A stretch of DNA of 64,000 bases. Origin: Terriglobia bacterium. GTDB lineage: Bacteria; Acidobacteriota; Terriglobia; 20CM-2-55-15. The notes beneath the pieces are model-generated. The model saw nothing but the letters and a program-made list of their open reading frames with translations. It was not told the DNA's origin and searched no databases. Position 1 is the first letter of the stretch, and every line of letters starts with the position of its first letter. The translations under genes were made by a program, and so were the position numbers. Positions 50,903 through 61,188 of this stretch are shown piece by piece. Location of the stretch: assembly GCA_965218585.1 (NCBI GenBank), contig CBDCLE010000017.1, positions 128,001-192,000 of the forward strand. The letters are read 5' to 3'.

Positions 50903-52976
50903 TCATTACGGTTCGATTCAGAAAAGCCAGAACGTCGGTGGCCTCATCGATCTGCTTGGAGGTCGGCTTCCCGGCTCCGTGGCCGGCTGAAATCGCAACC
51001 CGGATAAGCGTCGGATTGTCTCCGGACTGGGCATGCTGGAGGGCCGCCGCGAACTTAAAGCTGTGAGACGGCACCACGCGATCATCGTGGTCGCCCGTCG
51101 TCACCAGAGTTGCCGGATAGGGAGTTCCCTCACGGATGTTGTGGTAGGGCGAGCATGCGCGAAGAGTCAAGAAGTCGCCCGGGTCATCGGGCGAGCCGTA
51201 ATCGGACGTCCACGCCCAGCCGATTGTGAATTTGTGGAACCGAAGCAGGTCCATCACGCCAACTGCAGGCACAGCTGCAGCAAACAGGTCGGGGCGCTGG
51301 GTCATGCTGGCGCCTACAAGCATTCCGCCGTTGCTTCCACCCGTGATCGCCAGACGTTGCGGGTTCGTGTATCCGTTTTCTATCAGCCACTCTGCAGCCC
51401 CGATAAAATCATCGATGCCCTTCTGCTTATTTCGACGGATCCCGGCCTGATGCCACTGTTTCCCGTACTCCCCCCCTCCACGAATGTTGGCCACAGCATA
51501 GACACCGCCCATCTCCAGCCACGCGATGCGTTGCGGTGCGAACGCTGGGGTTAGAGAAATGTTGAATCCGCCATATCCGTAGAGTAGGACTGGACGGGCA
51601 CCATCGACATGCAAACCGCGCCGTTGGATCAGAAACATCGGAACATGGGTGCCGTCACGGGTCGTATAAAAGACCTGCCGCGTTTCGTAGTTCTCGGCCC
51701 TTATCGGGACTTCCGGTTTCCGGAACAATTCCGTCTTACCGGAGTCAACCAGGTGGCGATATATCGTGGTCGGAACTGTAAAACTCGTATAGGAGTAAAA
51801 AATTTCAGGATCGTCCATCCGTCCACGAATTTCGTTAACAGTGCCCAGCCCAGGGAGAGTCAACTTACGTATGTGCTGCCCGTCGAGAGAGTAGAGATCT
51901 AGTCGACTGTGTGCGTCCTCGAGCGAACGGGCGAGAAATCCCCCCGGCACGGCCAGGACCGCCTCCAATGTAGCCGCGTCCTCCGGCACAATTTCCCGCC
52001 ATTCGCCGCGGGCCGGGCGCGCGATGTCGATTCCGATCAGGCGCTGCTTTGGAGCATCCCGATCTGTCAATAACCAGAACTCAGTCCCGCTGTTTCCGAT
52101 GAATTCATAGCTCGCATCGAAGTCGTCGAGGAGTTTCTCGACGTGCGGCTCTTTGAGGCTAGGCCATTTCTCGAGATCTCTGTAGTAAACGCGGTTCTTG
52201 GGTTCGGTACCCTGCCAGACATGAATGATCAGGTAACGCCCATCCTCAGATACGGCCCCGACAAAACCTCTCTCTCGATGTTCCGGATCATCGCAGATGA
52301 GAATGTCATCCGCCTGGGAAGTCCCCAGACGATGGTAGAAAAGCTTCTGGTAGTAGTTCGCACCACCGAAGGCAGCCCCCGAACGAGGTTCGTCGTACCG
52401 GCTGTAAAAAATCCCTTTCTCGTCAGGGCTCCACGCTATCCAGGAAAACTTGACCCATTCGAGCCGGTCCTCCAGGTCCTGGCCTGTGGAGACGTCCCGC
52501 ATCCGAATTTCCTGCCAATCCGAACCGCTCACGGAAACGCTGTAGGCAAACAGCGTCCCGTCGGGACTCGCCTTGTGAACGATTAACGCAACAGTGCCGT
52601 CGTCGGATAGCGTATTCGGATCCAGAAGTACATGAGGTTCGGCGTCGGGCGCCTCCATCGTGTAAAGCACACTTTGGTTTTCGAGCCCGCTATTTCGAAA
52701 GTAGAAGTAGCGTTCGCCGGCCTTGAACGGGACTCCGTTTTTTTCGAAATTCCACAGGTGGGTGAGCTGTTCCCGAATCGATTCACGTTCGGCGACTCCC
52801 GACAGGTAAGCTTCTGTCACCGAGTTCTGTTCGCCGATCCAGTTCTTCGTTTCGGCCGAGTCCAGATCCTCCAGCCATCGATACGGATCGGCTACCTCGT
52901 GTCCGTGATAATCGTCGATCTGATCCGTGCGTCGGGCGGAGGGGTAGGTTCGAGCGCCGTCTTTTCGAGAGGCCAT
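50895..52976 (-). CDS. Prolyl oligopeptidase (S9A)
   Basis: DPYRWLED, LYGYGGFN, NIRGGGEYG, GGSNGG nucleophile, HDDRV, GHGAGK. Confidence 0.95.
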   Translation of the reverse strand: MASRKDGARTYPSARRTDQIDDYHGHEVADPYRWLEDLDSAETKNWIGEQNSVTEAYLSGVAERESIREQLTHLWNFEKNGVPFKAGERYFYFRNSGLENQSVLYTMEAPDAEPHVLLDPNTLSDDGTVALIVHKASPDGTLFAYSVSVSGSDWQEIRMRDVSTGQDLEDRLEWVKFSWIAWSPDEKGIFYSRYDEPRSGAAFGGANYYQKLFYHRLGTSQADDILICDDPEHRERGFVGAVSEDGRYLIIHVWQGTEPKNRVYYRDLEKWPSLKEPHVEKLLDDFDASYEFIGNSGTEFWLLTDRDAPKQRLIGIDIARPARGEWREIVPEDAATLEAVLAVPGGFLARSLEDAHSRLDLYSLDGQHIRKLTLPGLGTVNEIRGRMDDPEIFYSYTSFTVPTTIYRHLVDSGKTELFRKPEVPIRAENYETRQVFYTTRDGTHVPMFLIQRRGLHVDGARPVLLYGYGGFNISLTPAFAPQRIAWLEMGGVYAVANIRGGGEYGKQWHQAGIRRNKQKGIDDFIGAAEWLIENGYTNPQRLAITGGSNGGMLVGASMTQRPDLFAAAVPAVGVMDLLRFHKFTIGWAWTSDYGSPDDPGDFLTLRACSPYHNIREGTPYPATLVTTGDHDDRVVPSHSFKFAAALQHAQSGDNPTLIRVAISAGHGAGKPTSKQIDEATDVLAFLNRTVMKK

Positions 52977-53004
52977 CTAATATGGGGGACACGCCACCAA
53001 AGGG

Positions 53005-53562
53005 TCAGCTGATTCCCAGACGAACTTTTCCTTCTTCGGAAATCCGTTCAGGAGTCCACGGTGGGTTCCACACGACCTGAACGTCTGCGACTTCGACTCC
53101 TGGGATGCGTTCGATCTTGTGCCGCGCATCGGCAGCGATCGAATCGCCCATGCCGCAGCCCTGTGCCGTGAGCGTCATCTTTATGTCGACACGCGAACCG
53201 CCTTCAGGGGCCTGACCCACTTCAAGTTCATAGATCAAACCAAGGTCTACGATGTTCACAGGTATCTCGGGATCGAAGCAGCTCTTGAGCTGAGTCCAGA
53301 TTTCATCCCGCAGATCTCCCTCGGGCTTAGTTTCACCGCTCGTGTCGGACACGGGCGGCTCTTCGATGGCTTCCTTTCCGATCGCGTCGGCGTCTCTCGC
53401 TGCAAGGCGGAAGAGGCCTCCCACGGAAGGAACCATCAGGGTGTAGGAACCCCCTAAAGCCTGAGTTATCGTCACGGGCGTGCCCTTCGTTAGATGGACG
53501 GCCCGGCCTCCCGGTATCTCCACGACCACACATTCGCGGCTCAACTCGATCGCATCACTCAT
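53005..53562 (-). CDS. sufT: Fe-S cluster assembly protein SufT (DUF59)
   Basis: ITQALGGSYT, DPEIPVNIVDLGLIY, MTLTAQGCGMG. Confidence 0.88.
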   Translation of the reverse strand: MSDAIELSRECVVVEIPGGRAVHLTKGTPVTITQALGGSYTLMVPSVGGLFRLAARDADAIGKEAIEEPPVSDTSGETKPEGDLRDEIWTQLKSCFDPEIPVNIVDLGLIYELEVGQAPEGGSRVDIKMTLTAQGCGMGDSIAADARHKIERIPGVEVADVQVVWNPPWTPERISEEGKVRLGIS

Positions 53563-53674
53563 AATCCCTCCAAAAAGGCGCCCGTTGGCGTCCTACAACT
53601 TTAAACCGATCCAGACGAGTCGTGCAAATGTTCGTCGACCCTGCATCGCCATCCCTCCAGTTTCGCGGGCCTGT

Positions 53675-54631
53675 TCAGCGAACTTCAATCTGGGCCGGCT
53701 CCGATTCCACGGGGGACTCTGCAACCAGGATTGCGACAACCTCATAGGTTCCAGGCGCCACTTCGTTCAGATCCCGATCTCGATGATTCCACACCGCTTC
53801 GAAATTCCACTGGGCACCTGCCTGAAGAGCTTCACTCCGGAGGACCTCAGAAAAGAACATCCTCTCGGACCACCTCCAGATCTCGCTGGCCTGACGGGGA
53901 TCGCTAACAACGAAATCAAAGTTCTGGCTGGAGTCGAAATCGAATGCCAATAACTGATTCGAAATATTCTGGACCTCGACACGAAATCGATGCTCATCGC
54001 CCTCGTCTAAGACCTGGAGCGTGATCCGCACACTGGCGTCGGAAACTTCACCAACGTTCTCAGTGGGATCGGCGGTCAGAACACGCGGTTCCGGAGCCCG
54101 CACGTCCAGATCCCCCACCACGGCTTCGTTTCCGACCAACGCGCCGACGAGCTTTACGCTTTGGGTGCCCGCCTGGAAGTTGAATTCGGCTTCGACAATA
54201 CCCACGCTCCGCTCGAGGATCAATACGACGTCTCCGAAATCAAACCTCGCCCGGAGAGGCAGGTCGTTGGCATCGGTGGCGACTACCTGGACCGAGCCTC
54301 GACTCGAAGGGAACAGATCACCTTCAAACTCGCCATCGAAACGCAGATACTGTCGCTGATCCCGATCGTAACGGACGCCTATGGTGCCGGCAGCGCCCAC
54401 GAACGGAAATCCTGAAAACACGTAATAACTTGTCCCTTCGATAATCGTGTAATCACTGATCTCCATATCGAAGGTGTCCAGGACGCGCCCCTCGGGATCC
54501 AGGATCTGGTATTCCCACCGGTTTCCGACATCCAGAGGAAGGAAGTCTGGCGACATCCGAATTCCCTGGCCAAAGGCCAGGCTCGGCAAACCGAGCAGCG
54601 CTGATATGCTTAAGGTGAGGAAGCGAGACAT
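53675..54631 (-). CDS. Secreted protein with C-terminal BsuPI-like (proteinase inhibitor) domain
   Basis: Signal peptide, FLPL.VGNRWEY, then F.FDSSQNFDF.V.....EIWRWS...FF. Confidence 0.7.
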   Translation of the reverse strand: MSRFLTLSISALLGLPSLAFGQGIRMSPDFLPLDVGNRWEYQILDPEGRVLDTFDMEISDYTIIEGTSYYVFSGFPFVGAAGTIGVRYDRDQRQYLRFDGEFEGDLFPSSRGSVQVVATDANDLPLRARFDFGDVVLILERSVGIVEAEFNFQAGTQSVKLVGALVGNEAVVGDLDVRAPEPRVLTADPTENVGEVSDASVRITLQVLDEGDEHRFRVEVQNISNQLLAFDFDSSQNFDFVVSDPRQASEIWRWSERMFFSEVLRSEALQAGAQWNFEAVWNHRDRDLNEVAPGTYEVVAILVAESPVESEPAQIEVR

Positions 54632-54656
54632 CTCTTTACAGTTTTAGAGCAGCCGA

Positions 54657-55138
54657 ATGGGCCAAGACAATCAACCTGACGACAGCTATTTCATGGATCT
54701 TGCTCTCGAGCTGGCCACGAAGGCAGAGCAGAAGGGAGAAGTTCCGGTCGGTTCCGTCGTTGTCTTAGAGGGAGATGTGATCGGAAACGGGTACAATTCT
54801 CCGATTCATACCAGCGACACGACGGCCCACGCAGAAATAGTGGCACTTCGGGAAGCTTCAGCCTCACAGGCCAACTACCGGCTCACGGCCTGCACGCTCT
54901 ATGCCACCCTCGAGCCCTGTCTCATGTGTGTCGGAGCGATGATCCATGCCCGCATCAAAACGCCTGGTATTCGCCTGCCCGGATCCCAAATCCGGCGCCG
55001 CAGGGTCGATTTTACGACATTCCCGCCGACCGACGCCTGAACCACCAAATCGAAGTCGTTTCAGGTGTCAGGGAAGCCGAGTCGGGACAACTGCTTCAAA
55101 GTTTTTTTAAACAAAAGCGCGAAAAAATCCGTCATTAA
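54657..55138 (+). CDS. tadA: tRNA adenosine(34) deaminase (two apparent +1 homopolymer frameshifts)
   Basis: GEVPVG, TAHAEI, TLEPCLMC.GA..HARI. Removing one A (~54960) and one T (~55012) restores KRLVFACPDPKSGAAGSIYDI..D.RLNH. Confidence 0.88.
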
Positions 55139-55389
55139 GAACTGCGATGCTTTCTCAGTCCAGGAGCGTCTAAGCCTCGACTGAAGCTCGGCCGCCGCAC
55201 GAGACCCTTCTCTGCTGAGGACGATGGCTTCCGGCTCTTGTAGCATTAGGGTTAAAACGCTGTTAACTTATTGAAAGGCAACTGTTGGAACGTAACAACT
55301 TGTCTTCCGAGAACATAGAGAAGTCGAAAGAATTCAGTGATTCGAACGACAGCGTTCCCGACCGAAGTTTCCCTATCAGGAGGATCTCA

Positions 55390-57087
55390 ATGAAGAAGTA
55401 CTTGGTAACGATCACACTCTGGAGCCTGCTTGCCAGCGTGCCCGCAGAGGCACAGAACATGGTCAGCGATTTCTTCAGTCGCTACCGGCCACCGGAAGTG
55501 GATCTCGCAACATTGGAAACAGCCCAGATTCCTCCTGCATCTCTGATTGCACTGGCTCAGGACGGGAGCGTTCCCTTACGTGTAAACGACGTTATCCGGA
55601 TGGCACTGGAAAACAATCTGGACGTCGGAGTGAGCCGATTCACACCGTCAATCTCAGAGTACGCCATTTCGGTGGCCTACCAGAGATTCGATCCCACGCT
55701 CACTTTCAACGGAAACGTTAACCGTAATACAACAGCATCGACGACACAGTTGGACGGTGCCGCCACCAATACCCGACTCACCGGCAACTACGGAGTCACC
55801 TACGATCACTTGCTTCAGTACGGTTCGTCCTACCAGGTTCGCTTCCAGATGAACCGGTTTTCGACCAACAGTGGATTCAGCACCGTCAACCCGGCCTACA
55901 ACGGGCAGCTGACCTATGGTTTCAACCAACCGCTTCTCCGTAACTTCGGGACCATGATCAACAGGAGCCCCATCACGATCGCTCAGAACAACCTGGAAAT
56001 ATCGGAAATCCAGTTCGAGCAACAGGTGATGGATCTGGCCACCCAGGCAACGAACGCCTACTGGGACCTGGTATACGCACGGGAAGACATCCGGGTACAG
56101 GAGGCGTCACTGGCGTTGGCCGAACGCACACTGAGAGACAACCAGATGCAGGTTGAAATCGGAACATTGGCACCGATCGAAGTCGTCCAGGCAGAATCTG
56201 CCGTTGCGACGCGGCGTGAAAGCCTTGTGGTGGCTCGATACAACCAGACGCGAATCGAAGACAGCATCAAGCAACTGGTCAGCCGCGTTCCCGACCCCGC
56301 AATGGTGTTGCTTTCACTGAACCCGGTCGAGGACGTCCGCAACCGCACAGATGAGATACTTCCTGTTGCAGACGCTATCCAGCTGGCGCTGCTCAACAGG
56401 CCGGAAATGCGTCAAGCTGAACTCGATATCCAGAACAACGACATCAACTTGGCCGTTGCGCGAAACTCACTACTCCCGCTGTTCGACCTTTCTGCCTCCT
56501 ACACACAGTCGGGTATCGGAGGTAACACGTTCGTCCGGTCGGGAATTGGCGGACAGACCCTGACGCAGATTCCAGGAGGGATCGGCGGCGCCTTCTCAGA
56601 CATCTTCGGTTTCGACTTCACCGGATACTCGGTGGGCTTCACCCTGCAGATCCCGCTCAGCAACAAATCGGCACAGGCGAATGTCGCCCGGCTGACCGTT
56701 CAGAAACGTCAAAACGAATCACGCACTGCAGCGACCGCACAAGGGATCGCCACTCAAGTCCGTGATGCGTACAACCAGATCGAAATGAACCGGGCTCGAA
56801 TCGAAGCCGCCGAGGTTGCCAGAGAACTGGCCGAACGCCGACTGGATGCTGAACAACGGAAGTTCACTCTGGGCGCCTCCGCAATCCGTTTCGTCCTGGA
56901 CGAACAGCAGAACGTAACCCAGGCACAGACCAACGAGATTCGCGCCCTTGTCGATTACGTCAAGGCTATCGTGGCTTACGACCGGGCAATCGGCCGAACC
57001 CTCGAGCGGAACAATATACAGATCGAACAGGAGCTCCGTCCCGCACTCGCAAGTGCTGAGGCTGGAGGCGTAGCGGGTCTGGAATGA
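55390..57087 (+). CDS. TolC-family outer membrane efflux protein
   Basis: Signal peptide, ALENNLD, QPLLRNFG, AYWDLV, NRPE, LLP.FDL; two OEP repeats. Confidence 0.9.
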   Translation: MKKYLVTITLWSLLASVPAEAQNMVSDFFSRYRPPEVDLATLETAQIPPASLIALAQDGSVPLRVNDVIRMALENNLDVGVSRFTPSISEYAISVAYQRFDPTLTFNGNVNRNTTASTTQLDGAATNTRLTGNYGVTYDHLLQYGSSYQVRFQMNRFSTNSGFSTVNPAYNGQLTYGFNQPLLRNFGTMINRSPITIAQNNLEISEIQFEQQVMDLATQATNAYWDLVYAREDIRVQEASLALAERTLRDNQMQVEIGTLAPIEVVQAESAVATRRESLVVARYNQTRIEDSIKQLVSRVPDPAMVLLSLNPVEDVRNRTDEILPVADAIQLALLNRPEMRQAELDIQNNDINLAVARNSLLPLFDLSASYTQSGIGGNTFVRSGIGGQTLTQIPGGIGGAFSDIFGFDFTGYSVGFTLQIPLSNKSAQANVARLTVQKRQNESRTAATAQGIATQVRDAYNQIEMNRARIEAAEVARELAERRLDAEQRKFTLGASAIRFVLDEQQNVTQAQTNEIRALVDYVKAIVAYDRAIGRTLERNNIQIEQELRPALASAEAGGVAGLE

Positions 57088-57203
57088 ATCGGAACTTGGG
57101 ATCGGCTATCGAGGGTTCGAATGGAACATTCAGTCGGTTTTCTACGTCGATAACAGATGACGGCCGGCAAGGCGCGGATTTGAGCAGAATTTAGCAGAAC
57201 ATT

Positions 57204-58454
57204 ATGGATAAGCCCCGACCCAACTACGCTCGCAATAAACGGATTCGCCGTGTGTTCTACGTAACGCTCGTCGTGGCAATCGGCGTCGTCGCCACTCTCG
57301 GCGTGTCCCGCCTGGAACCAGCCTCGCCGTCCGTGGACGGGCAGACCCTGTACACCGACACAGTTCAACGGGGGGAAATGCTGCTCGAAGTCCGCGGTCT
57401 CGGTCGTCTGGTCCCTGAGGAGGTCCGCTGGATTCCCGCAACTACAGAAGGACTTGTCGAACGGATCCTGGTTCAGCCGGGAACAGAAGTCACCCCCAAC
57501 ACGATTGTGGTGGAGTTGAGTAATCCGGAACTGGAACAAACTACTCTGGACGTGGATCTCCAGGTCCGGGCGGCTGAAGCGGAATTGGCCAACCTCCGGG
57601 TACAACTTCAGAGCGACATCCTGAACCAACGCGCCAGTGCCGCCTCAATCGAAGCTGAATACAGCCGCGCCGAACTCCAGCATCAGGCAAACTCGGAGTT
57701 GAGCGAAGAAGGTTTGATATCCGAACTGGATCTCAACCTGTCCAGAGTGCAGGCCGACCAGGCCCGGCAGCGTAACGAACTCGAGCAGGAGCGTCTCCTG
57801 ATCGCGAATGATGCAAACGAAGCGCGACTTGCCGTCCAGGAGCTCCGCGTCGATCAACTGAAAGCCCTGCATACCCTGAGGCAAAACCAGCTCGGGCGAT
57901 TGCAGGTTCGCGCCGGAATCCTCGGTGTTTTGCAGGAAGTCCCCATCGAAGTGGGTCAGCAGCTCTCTCCCGGGAACAACATTGCGCGCGTCGCCGAACC
58001 TGACAAACTGAAAGCCGAACTTGAGATTGCCGAGACGCAAGCCCGGGACATCCAATTGGGACAGTACGTCGCCATCGACACGCGGAACGGAATCATCCCG
58101 GGAACGGTCACCCGGATCGATCCGGCTGTCCTGAACGGAACGGTGACCGTCGACGTCCGCCTCGACGGAGCGCTTCCACGCGGGGCACGTCCGGATTTGA
58201 GCGTCGACGGAACCATAGAGATCCAACGGCTGAGCGATGTTCTCTATGTGGGACGGCCGAGTTTCGGGCAGGCAAACAGCCTGGTAGGAATGTTCCGGCT
58301 GACGGAAGAAGGAGAAGCTGTTCGAATCCCCGTGCGGTTAGGCCAGACCTCGGTAAGCACGATACAGATCGTGGATGGACTCGCCGTCGGCGATACCGTC
58401 ATTCTTTCGGATATGTCCCAGTGGGACGCCTTTGACAGAATTCGGATTAACTAA
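57204..58454 (+). CDS. Efflux periplasmic adaptor (HlyD/MFP)
   Basis: N-terminal TM, VRGLGRLVPE, helical hairpin, IDTRNG, RIDPAV, RPDLSVDG. Confidence 0.9.
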   Translation: MDKPRPNYARNKRIRRVFYVTLVVAIGVVATLGVSRLEPASPSVDGQTLYTDTVQRGEMLLEVRGLGRLVPEEVRWIPATTEGLVERILVQPGTEVTPNTIVVELSNPELEQTTLDVDLQVRAAEAELANLRVQLQSDILNQRASAASIEAEYSRAELQHQANSELSEEGLISELDLNLSRVQADQARQRNELEQERLLIANDANEARLAVQELRVDQLKALHTLRQNQLGRLQVRAGILGVLQEVPIEVGQQLSPGNNIARVAEPDKLKAELEIAETQARDIQLGQYVAIDTRNGIIPGTVTRIDPAVLNGTVTVDVRLDGALPRGARPDLSVDGTIEIQRLSDVLYVGRPSFGQANSLVGMFRLTEEGEAVRIPVRLGQTSVSTIQIVDGLAVGDTVILSDMSQWDAFDRIRIN

Positions 58455-58465
58455 GGAGAAATCGA

Positions 58466-59167
58466 ATGTCAGCATCAGAGCCCGTAATTCGGATGGAAGA
58501 CGTCCAGAAGATTTACTACACGGAAGAAGTGGAAACGCATGCACTGGGTGGAGTCAATCTGGAAATCGACCGGGGTGAGTACGTCGCGATCGCCGGCCCG
58601 TCCGGATGCGGCAAATCGACATTGCTTTCGATTCTCGGACTGCTGGATTCCCCCACGAACGGAAGATATTGGCTGAACTCAACTGAAGTGGCCGGATTAC
58701 CGATGTCAGAACGGGCCCGTATCCGCAACCACGAGGTCGGATTCATATTTCAGGCTTTCAACCTGATCGGCGACCTCAGTGTGTACGAAAACGTGGAACT
58801 ACCACTGAGCTACCGGGGCATGCCGTCCGGCGAGAGACGGAAGGCCGTGGAAGAGGCCCTGGAAAAAGTCGAGATGGCCCACCGGATGAAACACCATCCT
58901 TCGCAGCTCTCCGGAGGCCAGCAACAGAGGGTTGCCGTGGCACGGGCACTCGCCGGGTCGCCTTCGATATTGCTGGCCGACGAGCCAACCGGAAACCTCG
59001 ATTCTAAGAACGGCGAAGCCGTCATGACGTTGATGTCCAATCTTCACAGAGAAGGCGCCACGATCTGCATGGTAACCCACGATCCCCGGTATGCGGACTT
59101 TGCCGACCGATCGATTCAGCTGTTTGACGGGGCGATCGTCGAAGATGGTGCAGTGGCCGCTCATTAG
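58466..59167 (+). CDS. ABC transporter ATP-binding protein (MacB/LolD type)
   Basis: GPSGCGKST, GFIFQAFNLI, LSGGQQQR, DEPTGNLD, VTHD. Confidence 0.93.
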   Translation: MSASEPVIRMEDVQKIYYTEEVETHALGGVNLEIDRGEYVAIAGPSGCGKSTLLSILGLLDSPTNGRYWLNSTEVAGLPMSERARIRNHEVGFIFQAFNLIGDLSVYENVELPLSYRGMPSGERRKAVEEALEKVEMAHRMKHHPSQLSGGQQQRVAVARALAGSPSILLADEPTGNLDSKNGEAVMTLMSNLHREGATICMVTHDPRYADFADRSIQLFDGAIVEDGAVAAH

Positions 59168-59231
59168 CGGCGGGCGCGAGCAGCCAAAGAATGGTAATAA
59201 TATAGGGCCGACCGCACGCCCCAGCTCATAC

Positions 59232-59318
59232 GGAGAGGTGCTAGAGCGGTTGAATAGGCCGGTCTCGAAAACCGGTGTGGGGGTAACTCCACCGTGGGTT
59301 CGAATCCCACCCTCTCCG
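59232..59318 (+). tRNA. tRNA-Ser (anticodon CGA)
   Basis: Acceptor stem ggagagg/cctctcc with G discriminator, anticodon arm ccggt-ct-CGA-aa-accgg, long variable arm, T-loop gttcgaatc. CCA not encoded. Confidence 0.95.
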
Positions 59319-59409
59319 CTCTTATTTATTTTAAACCATTTTATTTCAATTAAATAAACTTAAAATATCGATTCCGCCCCTCATTTAGGCCCACTTTTTT
59401 AATTGGATC

Positions 59410-59652
59410 TTAGTCGACGCCTTTGGACATCGAACAGACCTGATCGGACCGTGTGGGCTTACAGTCTTGCAGTAGCCGTGCCGATGGGTCCGTATCGAGG
59501 CCGAGGCGTTTCTGCGTGTCCGAGAGATCGGGATGGGGTGCGATCTCGATCGCATGGAATGCTTGCCAATCCGCATACGCCGCCGCGTTAGCCTCGACAT
59601 TGGAAGACCTCAGGTCCGCGAACACGTTACCGCTACCACGTTCGAACTTCAT
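59410..59652 (-). pseudogene. Remnant of an XRE/HigA-like antitoxin gene
   Basis: Starts MKFERGSGNVFADL, typical of that family; no recognisable HTH follows. Confidence 0.45.
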
Positions 59653-59802
59653 TGATGATCTTCAGCGGCCGGCCGGTCGTGTGTTCGCCTAGTCTCACCG
59701 GCTCCCTTGGATAGTTCCGATGTCTCGTTCAAGATCCTCAATGTCGTATTGGGCAGACACCTTTCTGGCGCGGGCATAGTCCATCATCTCCCACATAGAC
59801 AC

Positions 59803-61188
59803 GAGTTATAACCGAATCTGGTGTTTAAGGGATTGAGGAAGAGCGGCGTATCTGGTTGATTTGTTGTTTACCAGACTTCAAAGCAACCAAGGGAGATACG
59901 CCACTATGAGCAAGAGTAACGTGACTGGACCGGAGGGTCGAGAGACGATTGAGGATCCGATAACAGAGCTACTACGAGTTGGAGCTCAGCAACTGATCCA
60001 ACGCGCGGTGGAAACCGAATTGGCGGAACTGCTATCCCACCACGGCGATCGGAGAACCGAGACGGGCAACGCCGGGGTGGTGCGCAACGGTTATCTGCCT
60101 GAACGTGAACTGCAGACCGGTTTGGGGCCGGTAACGGTCCAGATCCCGAAAGTCCGAGCGAAGACTGGCGACCCGGTAACGTTCCGGTCGGCCCTGGTAC
60201 CTCCCTACATTCGGAAAACGAAATCGCTGGAAGCAGCGGTGCCGTGGTTGTATTTGAAAGGCGTCTCCAGCGGCGAGATGGGTGACGCTCTAAAAGTTCT
60301 TGTCGGACCCCAGGCGCAGGGCCTGTCGGCGAGCACGGTATCGCGGTTGAAACAGGTCTGGGCCGAGCAGTACCGCCGGGGATGCGAGGAGCGATTGGAT
60401 GCCGATCGCTGGGTCTATGTCTGGGCCGACGGTATCTACAGCGGACTGCGGGCCGAAGAAACCAAGTTGTGCGCACTGGTGGTGATCGGCGCGAATCAAC
60501 GCGGAGAGAAACGTTTTCTGGCAATCGAAGACGGTGTCCGGGAATCGACACAGAGTTGGCGCGAGGTCTTGTTAAAGCTGAAGTCGCGTGGGATGAATAT
60601 CCCGAAGTTGGCCATCGGAGACGGTGCGATGGGATTCTGGGCCGCACTGGAGGAAATCTATCCCGAGACACGTCACCAACGTTGCTGGATGCACAAGACC
60701 ATGAACGTACTGAACGGGCTCCCGAAGTCGGCCCAGGCGAAGGCGAAACAGGCTTTGCACGCGATCTGGCGGGCTCAGACACAGACAGACGCCGAGAAGG
60801 CATTCGATCTGTTCATTGAAACCTATGAGCCGAAGTATCCGAAAGCCACTCGCTGCCTCCAGAAAGACAAAGAAGAACTGCTGGCCTTCTTCAACTTCCC
60901 GGCCAAGCACTGGCAGAGCATCCGAACGACCAATCCCATTGAGTCGACCTTTGCTACCATTCGCCACCGAACCAAGCGATCCAGGGGTTGCCTGACGCGG
61001 GTTGGCATGCTGCACATGATGTTCAAACTGGGACAGTGCGCTCAAAAGAACTGGCGACGATTACGAGGATTCGATGATCTGCCCAAGGTGATTACTGGAG
61101 TGAAATTCAACGATGGAATCGAAGTGACCCACGTCGATCAGGCCGCCGCTTGAGTCAATCGGCAAAACACCACTTTTGACAATAACTC
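59803..61188 (+). mobile_element. IS256-family element type B, copy 2 (1386 bp), TSD catagacac/catagacat
   Basis: Same IRs and near-identical sequence to 5467-6852; 9-bp flanks match at 8 positions. Confidence 0.95.
59906..61153 (+). CDS. IS256-family transposase (type B)
   Basis: Differs from copy 1 at QTQT vs QTQA. Confidence 0.95.
   Translation: MSKSNVTGPEGRETIEDPITELLRVGAQQLIQRAVETELAELLSHHGDRRTETGNAGVVRNGYLPERELQTGLGPVTVQIPKVRAKTGDPVTFRSALVPPYIRKTKSLEAAVPWLYLKGVSSGEMGDALKVLVGPQAQGLSASTVSRLKQVWAEQYRRGCEERLDADRWVYVWADGIYSGLRAEETKLCALVVIGANQRGEKRFLAIEDGVRESTQSWREVLLKLKSRGMNIPKLAIGDGAMGFWAALEEIYPETRHQRCWMHKTMNVLNGLPKSAQAKAKQALHAIWRAQTQTDAEKAFDLFIETYEPKYPKATRCLQKDKEELLAFFNFPAKHWQSIRTTNPIESTFATIRHRTKRSRGCLTRVGMLHMMFKLGQCAQKNWRRLRGFDDLPKVITGVKFNDGIEVTHVDQAAA

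Noticed and set aside
55139-55270. Possible structured ncRNA between tadA and tolC
   Set aside because: Only short complementary ends (atgct/agcat); I could not match SRP, 6S or riboswitch consensus. It needs a covariance-model search.
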